The notes under the pieces are model-generated. The model made no database searches. It was given only the letters and a program-made list of their open reading frames with translations, and was not told the origin of the DNA. A stretch of DNA of 64,000 nucleotides from NCBI GenBank assembly GCA_041640035.1, contig JBEQBC010000001.1, positions 128,001-192,000 of the forward strand. Reading direction: 5' to 3'. How positions within the stretch are numbered: the stretch's first letter is position 1; every line of letters begins with the position of its first letter. The DNA comes from Candidatus Nanohaloarchaea archaeon. Its GTDB lineage: Archaea; Nanohalarchaeota; Nanosalinia; Nanosalinales; Nanosalinaceae. Shown here in pieces: positions 48,270 through 59,643 of this stretch. The translations under genes and the position numbers were made by a program.

Positions 48270-48733
48270 TGGCTTTCCAGAAACTGGACTCAAGAATCAA
48301 ATGGTTCTGGCTGTTAGAAGCATCAGTGATCTCGCTCTTCGTATCTCTGGTACTTTCTGCTTTGGCATATGAATATACAGCTAATGCAGTTTCTTTTGCG
48401 CTGATGCCTCTGTTGGTGGCCGCAGGTGCATGGTATGGACTCAGAAGATATGCTAACTGGGGTTTCGAAATAAGAGATGACCATCTTTACATCGAGCATG
48501 GTGTTATCAAGAAAGTTTACTCTATGGTTCCGTTCGTACGGGTGCAGCACATCGATACGGATAGAGGACCAATCGACCGTATGCTGGGACTTTCAACGCT
48601 TCGAGTCTACACTGCAGGATCGAAAGGCGCTGATATCAAGGTTCCAGGACTTGATAGAGAGGAAGCATCTGAACTGCAGAAAAAGCTTCGTGACTCAGCA
48701 ATCGACTCAGAGAAAGGATTCGATGCAGTATGA
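48269..48733 (+). CDS. YdbS-like membrane protein with bacterial PH domain
   Basis: 2 TMs plus VP..RVQH.D..RGP..R.LGL.TL...TAG. Confidence 0.88.
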   Translation: MAFQKLDSRIKWFWLLEASVISLFVSLVLSALAYEYTANAVSFALMPLLVAAGAWYGLRRYANWGFEIRDDHLYIEHGVIKKVYSMVPFVRVQHIDTDRGPIDRMLGLSTLRVYTAGSKGADIKVPGLDREEASELQKKLRDSAIDSEKGFDAV

Positions 48734-50172
48734 AACTAGCGAAGATATCAATACCTTACAGAGCTCTCAAGAAAGTATTCACAGTCCTCGTATTCCTGAT
48801 ATTCACTAGTGTAGACGCGTTAACAGCAGCTAACCCGGCCATAATCGTATCATTTCTGGTAATAGTTTCTCTTGCAGTATTCCTCATGCTCGGATACGAG
48901 TACCTTTACTGGCGTAACTTCGAGTACGAGATAAGGGAAGACGGACTCAAGATTATCTCAGGTGTCATAACCAAGAACGACAGGGATATACCGCTGAAAA
49001 GAATCCAGAACATCGATGTAAACCGTAATATAATCCAGAGAATGATCGGAATCGCCAAAGTAGATGTTGAAACAGCGGGAGGTAACGAAACAGAAGCAGC
49101 ACTCAAATTCCTCACCCTGGAAGACGCAGAAAACATGCAGAAAAAAGTCAGAGAACTCAAAAACCGGCGGAAAACAACAGAACAGGAGAAAAAAGGTTCA
49201 GAAAGAGAAGACTTCGCACTCTCAAACCGCGACCTAACGATACTCAGCCTAGCATCTGTTGACCAGAGACTGCTTGGAGGAGCAATTGGACTAATCTCGA
49301 TAATCGGAGGATCTGCAGGAATCCAATTAATCGATGGCTCACTCTCAATGACACAGTTGGTGATTGGAGGGATCATCGCGGTACTGGTATCCGCAGGTTT
49401 CTGGATAGCAACATCATTCTCCACATTCATCAAGTTCTTCGACTTCAAACTCTACTTCCACGACAACGCACTGGAATACGAGAGAGGGCTTCTCAACCGG
49501 GCCAGCGGAACTATACCAGAGGAAAAAATACAGGACATAATAATTGAAGAAAACTTCATACAGAGATACTTCAACTACGCATCACTAAAAGTCGAGACAG
49601 CAGGATATGTCTCATCCGGCAACCAGCAAGAACTTGACACCGGAAAGGAAACAGTGATACCTCTAGCTAAGAAACATGAAATCAAGAAATATGCGGAAGA
49701 AATCGGCGGATACACGGATCCGGAGTTCAACAAGATCCACGAAAAAGCCAGGACAAGATACTTCAGAAGATACCTTCTGGCAGGAACAGCCCTGGCAGCA
49801 CTCACCTTCACAGTCAGCCAGGTCTACCCGCTTCCATTCACAGCATACATCCCATCAGCACTATTAATCCTCTCCTCGAAGAAAGCAGCCGAACTCAAAT
49901 GGACAAACATCGGTTACGCATTGAAGGATGATCACTTCTACACGCGTAAGGGGTTCTGGAACCGTCAAACCTATGTAGTACCTTACTTCCGTGTACAGAA
50001 CGTGATGCAGAACCAGAGCATACTTCAGAGAAGATGGAACCAGTCATCACTGCTTATGGATACAGCAGGATCGGTAATCAGCTTCCCGGTCATACCGGAC
50101 ATGGATACAGAACAGGCTGAAAAGGTTAGAGAACAGGTTTACAATCGTTTCAGAGAATCACTGAAACGGTAA
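48730..50172 (+). CDS. YdbT-like membrane protein with three bacterial PH domains
   Basis: Three IP..RIQ...QR...TAG repeats separated by TM pairs. Confidence 0.88.
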   Translation: MKLAKISIPYRALKKVFTVLVFLIFTSVDALTAANPAIIVSFLVIVSLAVFLMLGYEYLYWRNFEYEIREDGLKIISGVITKNDRDIPLKRIQNIDVNRNIIQRMIGIAKVDVETAGGNETEAALKFLTLEDAENMQKKVRELKNRRKTTEQEKKGSEREDFALSNRDLTILSLASVDQRLLGGAIGLISIIGGSAGIQLIDGSLSMTQLVIGGIIAVLVSAGFWIATSFSTFIKFFDFKLYFHDNALEYERGLLNRASGTIPEEKIQDIIIEENFIQRYFNYASLKVETAGYVSSGNQQELDTGKETVIPLAKKHEIKKYAEEIGGYTDPEFNKIHEKARTRYFRRYLLAGTALAALTFTVSQVYPLPFTAYIPSALLILSSKKAAELKWTNIGYALKDDHFYTRKGFWNRQTYVVPYFRVQNVMQNQSILQRRWNQSSLLMDTAGSVISFPVIPDMDTEQAEKVREQVYNRFRESLKR

Positions 50173-50243
50173 AAAAGTACTCTTCGATTCAACCGTTCTT
50201 GGGTTATCTCGTTTTATAAGAATCATTTTTACCTGTAACAGGT

Positions 50244-51503
50244 ATGGAAGACAAACAAATCAAAGAAAAGGCGGAAGCACTTCTCGAGAACGAGGAACTA
50301 TGCAGCCACTGCCTCGGAAGACAGTTCGCACAACTCGGACACGGACTCGAAAACTACGAAAGAGCAGCAATCATCCGTGAAACACCGATCGAAGAACTGG
50401 GAGAAGACAGCTTCGATCCGGAAAAAGTCCCTGAATCAGTCACTGAAGGCGGCGAATGCCGTATCTGCCAGGGAGTATTCCACGACCTTGACCGTTACAC
50501 TGATATGGTGATCGACTCGTTCGACCGTTACGAACTCGAAACCTTTCTTGTAGGTATCCGTCCGCCGGAAGATGTGGAAAGAGCTGAGGAAGAACTTTGG
50601 GAAGAGTACGGCATCGAGTACACTGAACCGATAAAGACAGAGATATCCCGATTGATAGGAAAACGGATCGAATCCCGGCTTGATATTCTGGTAGACTTTG
50701 AACGCGCCGATATAATGGCGGTCATCGACATGCGTGAAGGAAAAGAACGGGTCGAACTACAGGTCAACTCCATCCTGTTCTACGCACAATATAACAAATA
50801 CAGCCGAGAGATACCGCAGACAGAATGGCACTGCAGAAACTGCCGAGGAAGCGGATGTGACGAATGCGACTGGACAGGGAAACAGTACCCAACAAGTGTA
50901 CAGGAAGAGATACAGGATCCTTTCATTCGGGAAAGCAACGCTATCGAAGCCAAATTCCACGGAAATGGCAGAGAAGATGTTGATGCCAAATGCCTCGGTA
51001 AAAGAGAATTCGTACTGGAACTAATCGAACCCTTAAACCGTGACCTCGATGTAAAAGAACTTCAAAAAGAGGTAAACGAATCCAGCGACAAAGTAGAGAT
51101 CTTCGAGCTCGAGGAGACCTACAAGGACAAGGTTGAGGAGATCAAGGAGACGAGGACCAAGAAAGAGTACCGTGCCAAGGTGAAGGCGGGAGAAGAAGTT
51201 TCTGACGAAGATCTGGAGAAACTGAAAAATCTGGAAAAAGTTATAGAGCAGGAAACACCGGAGAGAGTCAAGCACCGTAGAGCTGACAAAGTCCGTGAAA
51301 GAGAAGTACATGAGATCGACTGGGAAAGAATCAGTGAAGATACATTCTACCTCTATGTGAAAGCGGAAGCCGGTACATACATCAAAGAACTGATCCACGG
51401 TGATGAAGGCCGCACACAGCCGAATGTGTCGGAAACACTGGGTACATCATGTGAATGCCTTGAACTGGATATAACCTGGGTCGAAAAAGTAGGTAATCAG
51501 TAA
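50244..51503 (+). CDS. pus10: tRNA pseudouridine(54/55) synthase Pus10
   Basis: LC.HCLGR, YNKYSR.IPQT.W, FHGNGREDVDA, GTYIKELIHGD.GRT. Confidence 0.95.
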   Translation: MEDKQIKEKAEALLENEELCSHCLGRQFAQLGHGLENYERAAIIRETPIEELGEDSFDPEKVPESVTEGGECRICQGVFHDLDRYTDMVIDSFDRYELETFLVGIRPPEDVERAEEELWEEYGIEYTEPIKTEISRLIGKRIESRLDILVDFERADIMAVIDMREGKERVELQVNSILFYAQYNKYSREIPQTEWHCRNCRGSGCDECDWTGKQYPTSVQEEIQDPFIRESNAIEAKFHGNGREDVDAKCLGKREFVLELIEPLNRDLDVKELQKEVNESSDKVEIFELEETYKDKVEEIKETRTKKEYRAKVKAGEEVSDEDLEKLKNLEKVIEQETPERVKHRRADKVREREVHEIDWERISEDTFYLYVKAEAGTYIKELIHGDEGRTQPNVSETLGTSCECLELDITWVEKVGNQ

Positions 51504-51543
51504 CCAGTACAGCTATTTCAACCTTCAAACCTCTTTATTCTAT

Positions 51544-52416
51544 ATGACTTCTAATAGATATGCCGACCTACATATGCATACAACTGCCAGCGATGGAACC
51601 GACAGTATAGAACAGAGAATACGGCAGGCAGAGGAATACGGCCTAGATGCAGTAGCCATAACAGATCACGATACTATAAACAGGGAACTCGATCAGCGGT
51701 CATACGAAGCTGAAAACGGGGTAGAGGTCATAACTGGAACCGAGATTAAGTGCGAGGTCGGTGGCACAAAGATAGAGATACTGGGCTACTTTGTAGATCC
51801 GGAAAACAAAGCGCTTAACCAGATTTTCGAGGAACTATCCGAAAAAAGGATCCAGAGAATGAGTGAAATAGTGGAGAAACTGGATCAGGTAATCGAAGAG
51901 GACATCAGCCTGGAAGATATACTTGAATACGAGGATACCACACCGGGAAGACCACATCTGGCACAGCTTCTTATCGACAGAGATGTAGCGGATGACTGGC
52001 AACATGCATTTAACAAATTTATAGGGAAAGACTCCGAAGCATATGTAGAAGTGGAGAAGATACCGGCGGAAAAAGTTATTGAAGCAGTACACCGTGCAGG
52101 AGGCGTAGCATCAGTAGCACACCCAGGAAGAAGCCTCACCAAGGATGAAGCAGTAGAGAAAATCGGTCACCTAGTTAAGAAAGGCTTGGATGGATTAGAG
52201 GTCGAATATACTTACAGAGGAAAGGTCAGGAAATCAAGTTACGATGTCTACTTTACAGAAGTCCACGCTAACCGGCTGGCGGAAATGTATGATTTGATTC
52301 CTACCGGTGGAAGCGACTGCCACGGTATGAAGTCAGACAAGTATAACATAGGAAAGGTCAAGATTGACTACGAAAATGTAGCCCGGCTCAGAACTGTTTC
52401 CCGTGAATATCGGTGA
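51544..52416 (+). CDS. PHP-domain phosphoesterase (TrpH/YciV-like)
   Basis: DLHMHTTASDG, AITDHD, AHP, GGSDCHG. Confidence 0.92.
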   Translation: MTSNRYADLHMHTTASDGTDSIEQRIRQAEEYGLDAVAITDHDTINRELDQRSYEAENGVEVITGTEIKCEVGGTKIEILGYFVDPENKALNQIFEELSEKRIQRMSEIVEKLDQVIEEDISLEDILEYEDTTPGRPHLAQLLIDRDVADDWQHAFNKFIGKDSEAYVEVEKIPAEKVIEAVHRAGGVASVAHPGRSLTKDEAVEKIGHLVKKGLDGLEVEYTYRGKVRKSSYDVYFTEVHANRLAEMYDLIPTGGSDCHGMKSDKYNIGKVKIDYENVARLRTVSREYR

Positions 52417-52491
52417 AGCCCGGTCTATTTGGTAAGTGTTTAAAAGATTCAACTTTACACTCTCCTTATATAACGAGAGGTAAACTGAAAA

Positions 52492-52782
52492 ATGGCAGAG
52501 AAATCCAGAGGTCCACAGCACGGAGCAAGACACAAGTTATCCAAGGAAAACAGGGCAAAAACTACTGTAAACGAACAACTGAAGGAATTTGACGAAGGAG
52601 AAAGAGTACTTATCAAAGTAAATCCTTCCGTTCAAGAATCCCGTCCACACATGAGATTCCACGGAGTAACAGGAGAAGTAACAGGAATGCAGGGAGAAAG
52701 CTACGAAGTAACAGTACAGGACGGAGACCAGACAAAGAAACTCTACATCCCACCAGTCCACCTAAAGGAAACAGGTGAATAA
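52492..52782 (+). CDS. rpl21e: 50S ribosomal protein eL21
   Basis: KS.G...G.R.KL, PHMRFHG.TG.V, PVHLK. Confidence 0.95.
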   Translation: MAEKSRGPQHGARHKLSKENRAKTTVNEQLKEFDEGERVLIKVNPSVQESRPHMRFHGVTGEVTGMQGESYEVTVQDGDQTKKLYIPPVHLKETGE

Positions 52783-52785
52783 ACA

Positions 52786-53124
52786 GTGGAGATCAAAGAC
52801 GAAGAATATGTCTACCCAGCAGAAATCCTTGAAGAACTTCAGGAAAAAGACGAAGCAGAAGAAGAACTAACCCACGAACAGAAAATCGCTCTTGAGAACC
52901 TGACAAGAAACATCCAGGTAGATGATGTTGATACACTGAAGGAGCTTAACGACGAGCTTTCAGAAATCGATGCATTGAAGCAGAAGCACATCTACAAGGT
53001 ACTGGAAGTAATGCCGGAACAGCCTTCCACAGTAAACACGATGTTCTCAAAGGAACGAGTTAAGCTTGAGGACGAAGATGTAGAAAGGATCCTGGAGATC
53101 TGCGGAAGCGTATCCACAGAGTAA
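52786..53124 (+). CDS. rpoF: RNA polymerase subunit Rpo4 (F)
   Basis: LTHEQK.ALE, K..EVMP pattern; canonical position after rpl21e. Confidence 0.88.
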   Translation: MEIKDEEYVYPAEILEELQEKDEAEEELTHEQKIALENLTRNIQVDDVDTLKELNDELSEIDALKQKHIYKVLEVMPEQPSTVNTMFSKERVKLEDEDVERILEICGSVSTE

Positions 53125-53265
53125 AACTCTCTATTTTCTCAGTTCATTTACTTCAGATAACAGGGAAAAGCTGTTAAAATCTGTAAAATCAGTAAATGTT
53201 TACGGACAGCTATAACCCTGATATCCCAAGAAATAAGATAATCAAGGAGTTGACAAAAATATACT

Positions 53266-53808
53266 ATGACAGAACAAAGCAAAGACGAGTACATCAAAGT
53301 ACTTGACTTCCTAGAAAGAGGAGGTCAAGGCGGAAGCGGAGAACCAACAGTACAAGGAATAGGAACAGAAAACTACAACCTCCTAGAAGTAGTAACCAGA
53401 GACGGAGTACATCCAAAAGGAGGAGAAGAACTGTACATCGGAGAAGGCGACCGAGAAAAAGTAAAATACATCAAGGACCGGATCAGCTTCGACGACCTAA
53501 CAGGAAACTCAAGAGCAGAACTCAAATATGTGCTTCAAGCACTAATCAAAGACAAGGAAGACGAATTCGTAGAGTTCTTCAACGAAGCAACACCGGTAAC
53601 ACCGCGAAGACACGCATTCGAACTACTGCCAGGAATCGGAAACAAACACATGCAAAAACTCCTGGATGAAAGAAGAGAAAGCGACTTCGAAAGCTTCGAA
53701 GACATCAAGGAAAGAGTACCTTCAATCCCCGACCCAGAAACCACGATCAGCAAACGGATCAAACAGGAACTCAAGGGAGAAACCAAGAGAAAAATGTTCA
53801 CAGGGTAG
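53266..53808 (+). CDS. DUF655 putative RNA-binding protein
   Basis: VLDFL, Q.IG...LLE, FFN.A.P.T.R.H..ELLPGIG.K; synteny. Confidence 0.92.
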   Translation: MTEQSKDEYIKVLDFLERGGQGGSGEPTVQGIGTENYNLLEVVTRDGVHPKGGEELYIGEGDREKVKYIKDRISFDDLTGNSRAELKYVLQALIKDKEDEFVEFFNEATPVTPRRHAFELLPGIGNKHMQKLLDERRESDFESFEDIKERVPSIPDPETTISKRIKQELKGETKRKMFTG

Positions 53809-53855
53809 AAAAACACTCTTCCAACTCTTCTATCTTTCTACTTTAATTTAGTAAA

Positions 53856-54683
53856 ATGTCTCTCAAAGAAGAAACACTCCAGGAAATAAACGAAATAGGT
53901 CTCAAAACGGTCAGAGGCCAGAACTTCATAATCAACGAACACATGATCACAGCACTGGTCGAAGCCGGAGAAATCGAAGACCAAGACATACTGGAAATCG
54001 GACCAGGAACAGGAAACATAACAGAAGAACTCCTAGAAAAGAAAGGAGAAAAAGGAACAGTAACCGCCGTAGAAAAAGACACAGTACTCTACGAACACCT
54101 AAACGAAAAATTCAACGAACAGATAGAAGACAGAAAACTATCACTTCTAAACGAAGACATACTGGAAACAGATTTATCTGGATACGACCGTTGTGTCGGC
54201 AATCTTCCATTCCAGATTACCAGTGATATAATCGAAAAACTGGGAGAACACCAGATACAGTCAGCAGTGATAGTACAGGACGACCTGGCAGACAAGATAA
54301 CCGCAGATCCCGGCGAAAAGAAGTACGGACCCGCAACGGTCAGAGCACAGTACTACTTTATACCGGTCAAACTACAGACCATACCGAAGATCAACTACCA
54401 CCCGGAACCGGAAGTCGATACAGCGATAGTCAAACTTTACCCTAATCGGGATAGACACGCAGTAGATGACGAAGAATGGTTCTTCACGGTCGTAAAAGCT
54501 TTGTTCACTCACAAGATGAAGAAGGTAAGAAACGCAGTAGTAGACAGTAGACATATCATCGGAGAGGTAAAAGACCGACTGAAAGCGATCCGTGATGAAT
54601 TACCGAATTCGGAGAAGAGAGTGGTTCAGCTAAATATCAAGGAGATGAACGAGATAGCTGAAGAACTTCAAGACAAGCTGTGA
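53856..54683 (+). CDS. rsmA: 16S rRNA dimethyladenosine transferase
   Basis: GQNFI, LEIGPGTG.IT, GNLPFQI, P.P.VD. Confidence 0.94.
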   Translation: MSLKEETLQEINEIGLKTVRGQNFIINEHMITALVEAGEIEDQDILEIGPGTGNITEELLEKKGEKGTVTAVEKDTVLYEHLNEKFNEQIEDRKLSLLNEDILETDLSGYDRCVGNLPFQITSDIIEKLGEHQIQSAVIVQDDLADKITADPGEKKYGPATVRAQYYFIPVKLQTIPKINYHPEPEVDTAIVKLYPNRDRHAVDDEEWFFTVVKALFTHKMKKVRNAVVDSRHIIGEVKDRLKAIRDELPNSEKRVVQLNIKEMNEIAEELQDKL

Positions 54684-54744
54684 AAAACTGTTCAAAACAA
54701 TTCAACAAGGATAGATATTTAACACCAGTTGGATCGTTTAATTT

Positions 54745-56307
54745 ATGCCGAGCGACACGAAATGGATATTCGTCTCCGGCGGAGTTCTATCAGGCCTGGG
54801 CAAAGGCATCGTCTCCGCAAGTATCTCAAAACTTCTACAACTACATGACACCGAGGTAGCACCTGTCAAATGTGACGGCTACCTGAATGTAGATCCCGGA
54901 ACTATGAACCCACACGAACACGGAGAAGTGTTCGTACTGGAAGACGGAACAGAAGTCGACATGGACTTCGGACACTACGAAAGATTTCTGGATATCGAAA
55001 CCACAGGGAAGCAGAATCTGACATCAGGAAAAATATTCAACGAAGTAATCGATAAAGAGAGAAAAGGAGACTTCCTCGGCGAAACCGTACAGATGGTGCC
55101 ACATGTAACAGATCACATCAAGGACACCATTAGAGAAGCAGGGGGACATGCAGATGTGATAGCCGTTGAAATAGGCGGAACAGTCGGAGACATGGAAAAC
55201 CGGCTATACCTGGAAGCAGCACGGCAAATACTAAGCGAAGAAGATGGAATACTTGTACATACTACACTAGTACCGTTCCTGGAAACAACAGGAGAGCAGA
55301 AAACTAAGCCAACACAGCACTCAGTCAAAGAACTACGGGAAATGGGCTTGGAACCCGATATAATTATAACACGGACGGAAGAAGAACTAGAAGACTACTC
55401 AAGAGAAAAGATATCACTCTTCTGCGATGTAGAGGAAAAGGAAGTTATCTCAGACCCTAACATGGAAACCATATACGAACTACCGCTCAAGTTCTACGAA
55501 CAGGATGTAGATAAACTGGTAGCCGACAAACTAGACCTACCTGAGAGACAAGAGAACCTTGATAACTGGAGAGAAAAAGTTGAGGCAGTTAAATCTGAAC
55601 CAGTAGCGGACATCGCAATATGCGGAAAGTACACCGATATGGATGACAGCTACGCATCCGTAGAGGAAGCATTGAAGCATGCAGCAGCAGAACTAGGCGG
55701 ATCAGTAAACACAGAGTATGTAGACACAGAAGAATTCACCTCGGAAACACTGGAAGGCTTCGATGGAGTGATCATACCTGGCGGATTCGGCTCAAGAGGG
55801 GTAGAAGGTAAAATCAAAACAGCACAGTACTGCCGAGAAAACAATATACCATTACTTGGTCTCTGCTACGGAATGCAGCTCATGGTAGTTGAATACGCCA
55901 GAAATGTACTCGGACTCGACGCAGTATCAGAAGAATTCGCTGACGGCGAGGAACACCATGTAATAGCAGAACTGCCTGAACAGAAAAACATAGAGGAAAA
56001 AGGAGGTACCATGAGGTTAGGAAACTACACGGCTCAGCTGGAAGGACAGGTCAAAGAGATCTACGGAAGCAGTGAAGCAGACGAAAGACACCGGCACAGA
56101 TACGAAGTCGATCCGGCATACCACGAACAACTCGAATCTAATGGTTTGAGGATAACAGGTACATCACACGACGGCAGACTCGCAGAGTACATAGAACTAC
56201 CGGAGAACAGCTTCTACATAGGTACACAGGCCCATCCAGAGTTCAACTCCACACTGGAAAACCCGAATCCACTCTACCTCGCATTCATGAAGAACTCAGT
56301 AAACTAG
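54745..56307 (+). CDS. pyrG: CTP synthase
   Basis: [44 protein letters not shown]. Confidence 0.97.
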   Translation: MPSDTKWIFVSGGVLSGLGKGIVSASISKLLQLHDTEVAPVKCDGYLNVDPGTMNPHEHGEVFVLEDGTEVDMDFGHYERFLDIETTGKQNLTSGKIFNEVIDKERKGDFLGETVQMVPHVTDHIKDTIREAGGHADVIAVEIGGTVGDMENRLYLEAARQILSEEDGILVHTTLVPFLETTGEQKTKPTQHSVKELREMGLEPDIIITRTEEELEDYSREKISLFCDVEEKEVISDPNMETIYELPLKFYEQDVDKLVADKLDLPERQENLDNWREKVEAVKSEPVADIAICGKYTDMDDSYASVEEALKHAAAELGGSVNTEYVDTEEFTSETLEGFDGVIIPGGFGSRGVEGKIKTAQYCRENNIPLLGLCYGMQLMVVEYARNVLGLDAVSEEFADGEEHHVIAELPEQKNIEEKGGTMRLGNYTAQLEGQVKEIYGSSEADERHRHRYEVDPAYHEQLESNGLRITGTSHDGRLAEYIELPENSFYIGTQAHPEFNSTLENPNPLYLAFMKNSVN

Positions 56308-56835
56308 ATGAGATCAACCGTATACCCGCCCAGAGAAGACACCTACCTGCTCAAAGAAAAAGTAGAGCAGATGGATCTGGAAGGGTCAAAAGTACTCGAA
56401 CTTGGATGCGGGAACGGAGTAATCACCAAAGCTTTGGAACAAGCCGGAACCGAGCTGACCGCGGTAGATATCAACAAGAACGCTGTTGAAACAACAAAGG
56501 AAAAGCTTGAGCATCCGGAAAAACACGAGATAAAGTACTCAGATTTGTTCGAAAATATTGGTTCTCAAGAATTTGATTACATCTTCTTCAACCCTCCGTA
56601 TCTAGAAGGTGAGACCGGGATAGGTGATGAGGAAAAATGGCATGTAGGCGATGAAAATATCCTAAACCGGTTTTTTGAACAAGTAGGCAGCTATTTGTCG
56701 GATAATGGTCAGGCGTTTCTGGTTCTCAGCAGTCAGACTCCGGGGCTGGAAAAGTTGATGGAGGAGAAAAATCTTGAAATAGAGGCGGAGAAGAAGGTCT
56801 GGTTCGAAAAGCTTTATGTTGTTCGCTATAAATAG
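56308..56835 (+). CDS. HemK2/PrmC-family methyltransferase
   Basis: VYPPREDTYLL, LELGCGNG, FNPPY. Confidence 0.9.
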   Translation: MRSTVYPPREDTYLLKEKVEQMDLEGSKVLELGCGNGVITKALEQAGTELTAVDINKNAVETTKEKLEHPEKHEIKYSDLFENIGSQEFDYIFFNPPYLEGETGIGDEEKWHVGDENILNRFFEQVGSYLSDNGQAFLVLSSQTPGLEKLMEEKNLEIEAEKKVWFEKLYVVRYK

Positions 56836-56868
56836 AATTTTTATACCATCCGAGGTAAACATACATCA

Positions 56869-59643
56869 ATGAACTCCAAAAGAGCAATCCTAATTCTAAC
56901 CGCAATTATATTCTCAGTTACAACAGCTCAAGCATCACATGATTATAACATAGAACCATTGGGAGAGCCACAATCCTACGACTTTGTATCTAATGAAAGC
57001 CAATCTTTTAGAGCTGTCAACTTAACCTATAATAACCAGCCAGTATCTCCGGAGAACCTGGCAGCGGATCAAGGAGAGTTTATCTACGAATATCCTGAAA
57101 GCGGGACATTCAACGATACAATGCAGTACTTCAACGACGGTATCTGGTATGCTAATATCCAGACATTGAATGAAACAGCAGATATCAATTATACTGCGAG
57201 AAATGAGACAGAAGCATCTTTACATATCTATGCGGAAGAGAGCGAAACTCTTGATGTATCAGAACTCAAAATAAAAGATGTCGAAATTATGCAGATGGAA
57301 AGTCTTGATGATCCTGTGAAGGCAGGTAGAGCAGTAACACTTAGACTTGATGTAGAGAACACAACTGATGGTTCACAGGAACAGAACGCGGATGTAAACA
57401 TCAGATTCGTCAATGGAACATACTCTACAAGCGTAGTAAATGTCGGATACAACGATGCAGACAACCTTTTCAGAACATCTCTGGACATGCCAGACTATAC
57501 AAATCAGAAATTTATCGGACAGATAACAGCCGAAGACGGAAGCGAACAGTCAAGTTATTCCTTTGAAATTAATACAAAGCCAGCGGTAGAAGGAAATATA
57601 GACCGCCTGGAATCACTGAACGGAGGATGTAACGCAAACTCCATGCCAGAACAGTGTGAAGGAAACGCAACACTTGAAGCAGGTTACAATGTAACAAGCG
57701 TACCAGCAGAATCCGTAAACATGACAGTATGGAAGCACGATAACCAGGGTAACCCTGTGAAACATACAGAGTACTCACTGGCAAGAAACGGTTCAAAACC
57801 GTCAAGCGAGCCAGGTTACTACTCAGCAGAGTTTGACTTCCCGTTCATCAACAGAAGTCAGTACGGTAACGAAGTAAAACTGATGTTCAACGCATCAACA
57901 GACAACAGAGAAGACATCGATAACTACACAATCGATTACCGTTCATTCAGAGCAAATATCGACCTTGAGAAAGGATATGCCTACCAGAGCGGAGAGATGA
58001 CAATACCGCTCACACTTGAAAGATACTTCACATTGAACACAGTTGAAGAGGATGAGATCAGAGAACTTGATGTAAATGTCACGGATCCAAACGGAGAAAT
58101 CTTCGAATCCTATGATCTAAACAATGTATCCCTAGGAACTGATGAACAGTACACAGAAGTAATTGATATCCCTGGAGACGCCATGACAGGAGATTACCAG
58201 ATCGATCTCTTCGTGGAAGATGTCTTCAGAGCAAACAAGACAGTAATGAGAAGTTTCTCAGTCAGAGAAAACACACAAACCTTTGAACTCAGTGATGACA
58301 CACTAGAGCCAGAGTTCCAAAGAGCAGGAGATTACAGTACTGAAATGAACATCACTGATATCTCAGGAACAGGACTAAACATGTCTGTAGATGTATCCAG
58401 CGACCTACAGGATATCCTTGATATGCCTACCGATTTCGAGGTAGAAAATGGCCAGATGAGAACACTGGATCTGAACTGGAACATCGATGAGGTGCAGGAG
58501 TACAGCGGAGAACTTGAATTCAAGGATGAAGACTCAAACTACAACACGACTGTTGATGTGAACACTCAGTCACCTGACTGCCAGTTCCAGAACGGAAACC
58601 TTTGCTCATTGACATCAAAGGATATAGAGCACACAATGGCTCAGAGAGAAACCGATGAACTCGACTTCGAAATCCTGAACATAGGACAGGCAGACTCAAC
58701 GAGAGATGTCTCAATAAGTGTGTCAGGAAATATCTCAGACTATGTTGAAGTGGTTTCAAGCGCATCATTCTCCGACAACCAAGTTATTCCGTTCAACTTA
58801 ACAGCTCAGGAAAGAGGAGTATTCACAGGATCCATGACTGTCTCATCAAGTGACAGCGAACTGGTATACGACCTGGTTCTCGACTCAAATGTTCCTTCCG
58901 GAGCACCACAGGTAGATGTGACGGAAAGCGTGGAAATCGGACCACTGGTAGAAGGAGAATCAGCAACAGCAGATGTCACAATGGATAACACGGGAGAAGT
59001 AGCGATAACCAACATTTCAATCAGCTCAGAAACATACAATATAGAAGCTGATACGGAAGGAATGGAGATACCAGAAGACTCCTCAGACACCATAGAAGTA
59101 ACATTTAACGATGTATCATCAAGCTCAGGACAGCTAAGTATAGATCTTGAAGCACTTGAGGAAGCAACCGAGACGGTAGATGTAACCGCACAGGTCTACT
59201 CAGATTACGGAACAAGAATCGACAACCTGTTCGATGACATCCAGAACCTCAGAGACAGTACAGGAAACCAGCAAGCACTATCTACATTAGATGAAGCAGA
59301 AACAACCTTGGATAGTGCAGAGGTCAGCTGGGAGAACGGTAACTACGAAGAAGCCGTAAACACATACGAGGACGCTGACAGCACATACCAGCAGGCACAG
59401 AGCACAGTTGACTCAAGCGAACCGGAAAACCCTGGTGGCAGTGATCCAGGAACAAGTCCTGAAGACCCAGGTACAGAACAACCAGATCCTGGAACAGAAC
59501 AGCCTGACGACAATGGCGGCGGAAGACTGCCGATCCTGCCGATAATCATAGTTCTGGTCCTGTTGATTGCAGGAGGCTTCGTATTTTACGAGAGCTACAT
59601 TCCTGAAGAAGGAGACCCACTCTACGATGTATTAGGACAATGA
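56869..59643 (+). CDS. Large secreted cell-surface (S-layer-like) glycoprotein with C-terminal TM anchor
   Basis: Signal peptide, beta-rich Ig-like segments, many N-x-S/T sequons, helical stalk, DPGTEQP linker repeats, TM. Confidence 0.82.
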   Translation: MNSKRAILILTAIIFSVTTAQASHDYNIEPLGEPQSYDFVSNESQSFRAVNLTYNNQPVSPENLAADQGEFIYEYPESGTFNDTMQYFNDGIWYANIQTLNETADINYTARNETEASLHIYAEESETLDVSELKIKDVEIMQMESLDDPVKAGRAVTLRLDVENTTDGSQEQNADVNIRFVNGTYSTSVVNVGYNDADNLFRTSLDMPDYTNQKFIGQITAEDGSEQSSYSFEINTKPAVEGNIDRLESLNGGCNANSMPEQCEGNATLEAGYNVTSVPAESVNMTVWKHDNQGNPVKHTEYSLARNGSKPSSEPGYYSAEFDFPFINRSQYGNEVKLMFNASTDNREDIDNYTIDYRSFRANIDLEKGYAYQSGEMTIPLTLERYFTLNTVEEDEIRELDVNVTDPNGEIFESYDLNNVSLGTDEQYTEVIDIPGDAMTGDYQIDLFVEDVFRANKTVMRSFSVRENTQTFELSDDTLEPEFQRAGDYSTEMNITDISGTGLNMSVDVSSDLQDILDMPTDFEVENGQMRTLDLNWNIDEVQEYSGELEFKDEDSNYNTTVDVNTQSPDCQFQNGNLCSLTSKDIEHTMAQRETDELDFEILNIGQADSTRDVSISVSGNISDYVEVVSSASFSDNQVIPFNLTAQERGVFTGSMTVSSSDSELVYDLVLDSNVPSGAPQVDVTESVEIGPLVEGESATADVTMDNTGEVAITNISISSETYNIEADTEGMEIPEDSSDTIEVTFNDVSSSSGQLSIDLEALEEATETVDVTAQVYSDYGTRIDNLFDDIQNLRDSTGNQQALSTLDEAETTLDSAEVSWENGNYEEAVNTYEDADSTYQQAQSTVDSSEPENPGGSDPGTSPEDPGTEQPDPGTEQPDDNGGGRLPILPIIIVLVLLIAGGFVFYESYIPEEGDPLYDVLGQ

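Noticed and set aside
59420-59510. Short direct repeats as a possible CRISPR array or VNTR
   Set aside because: In-frame DPGTEQP linker repeats of a surface protein; no spacers. No CRISPR array was seen anywhere in the window
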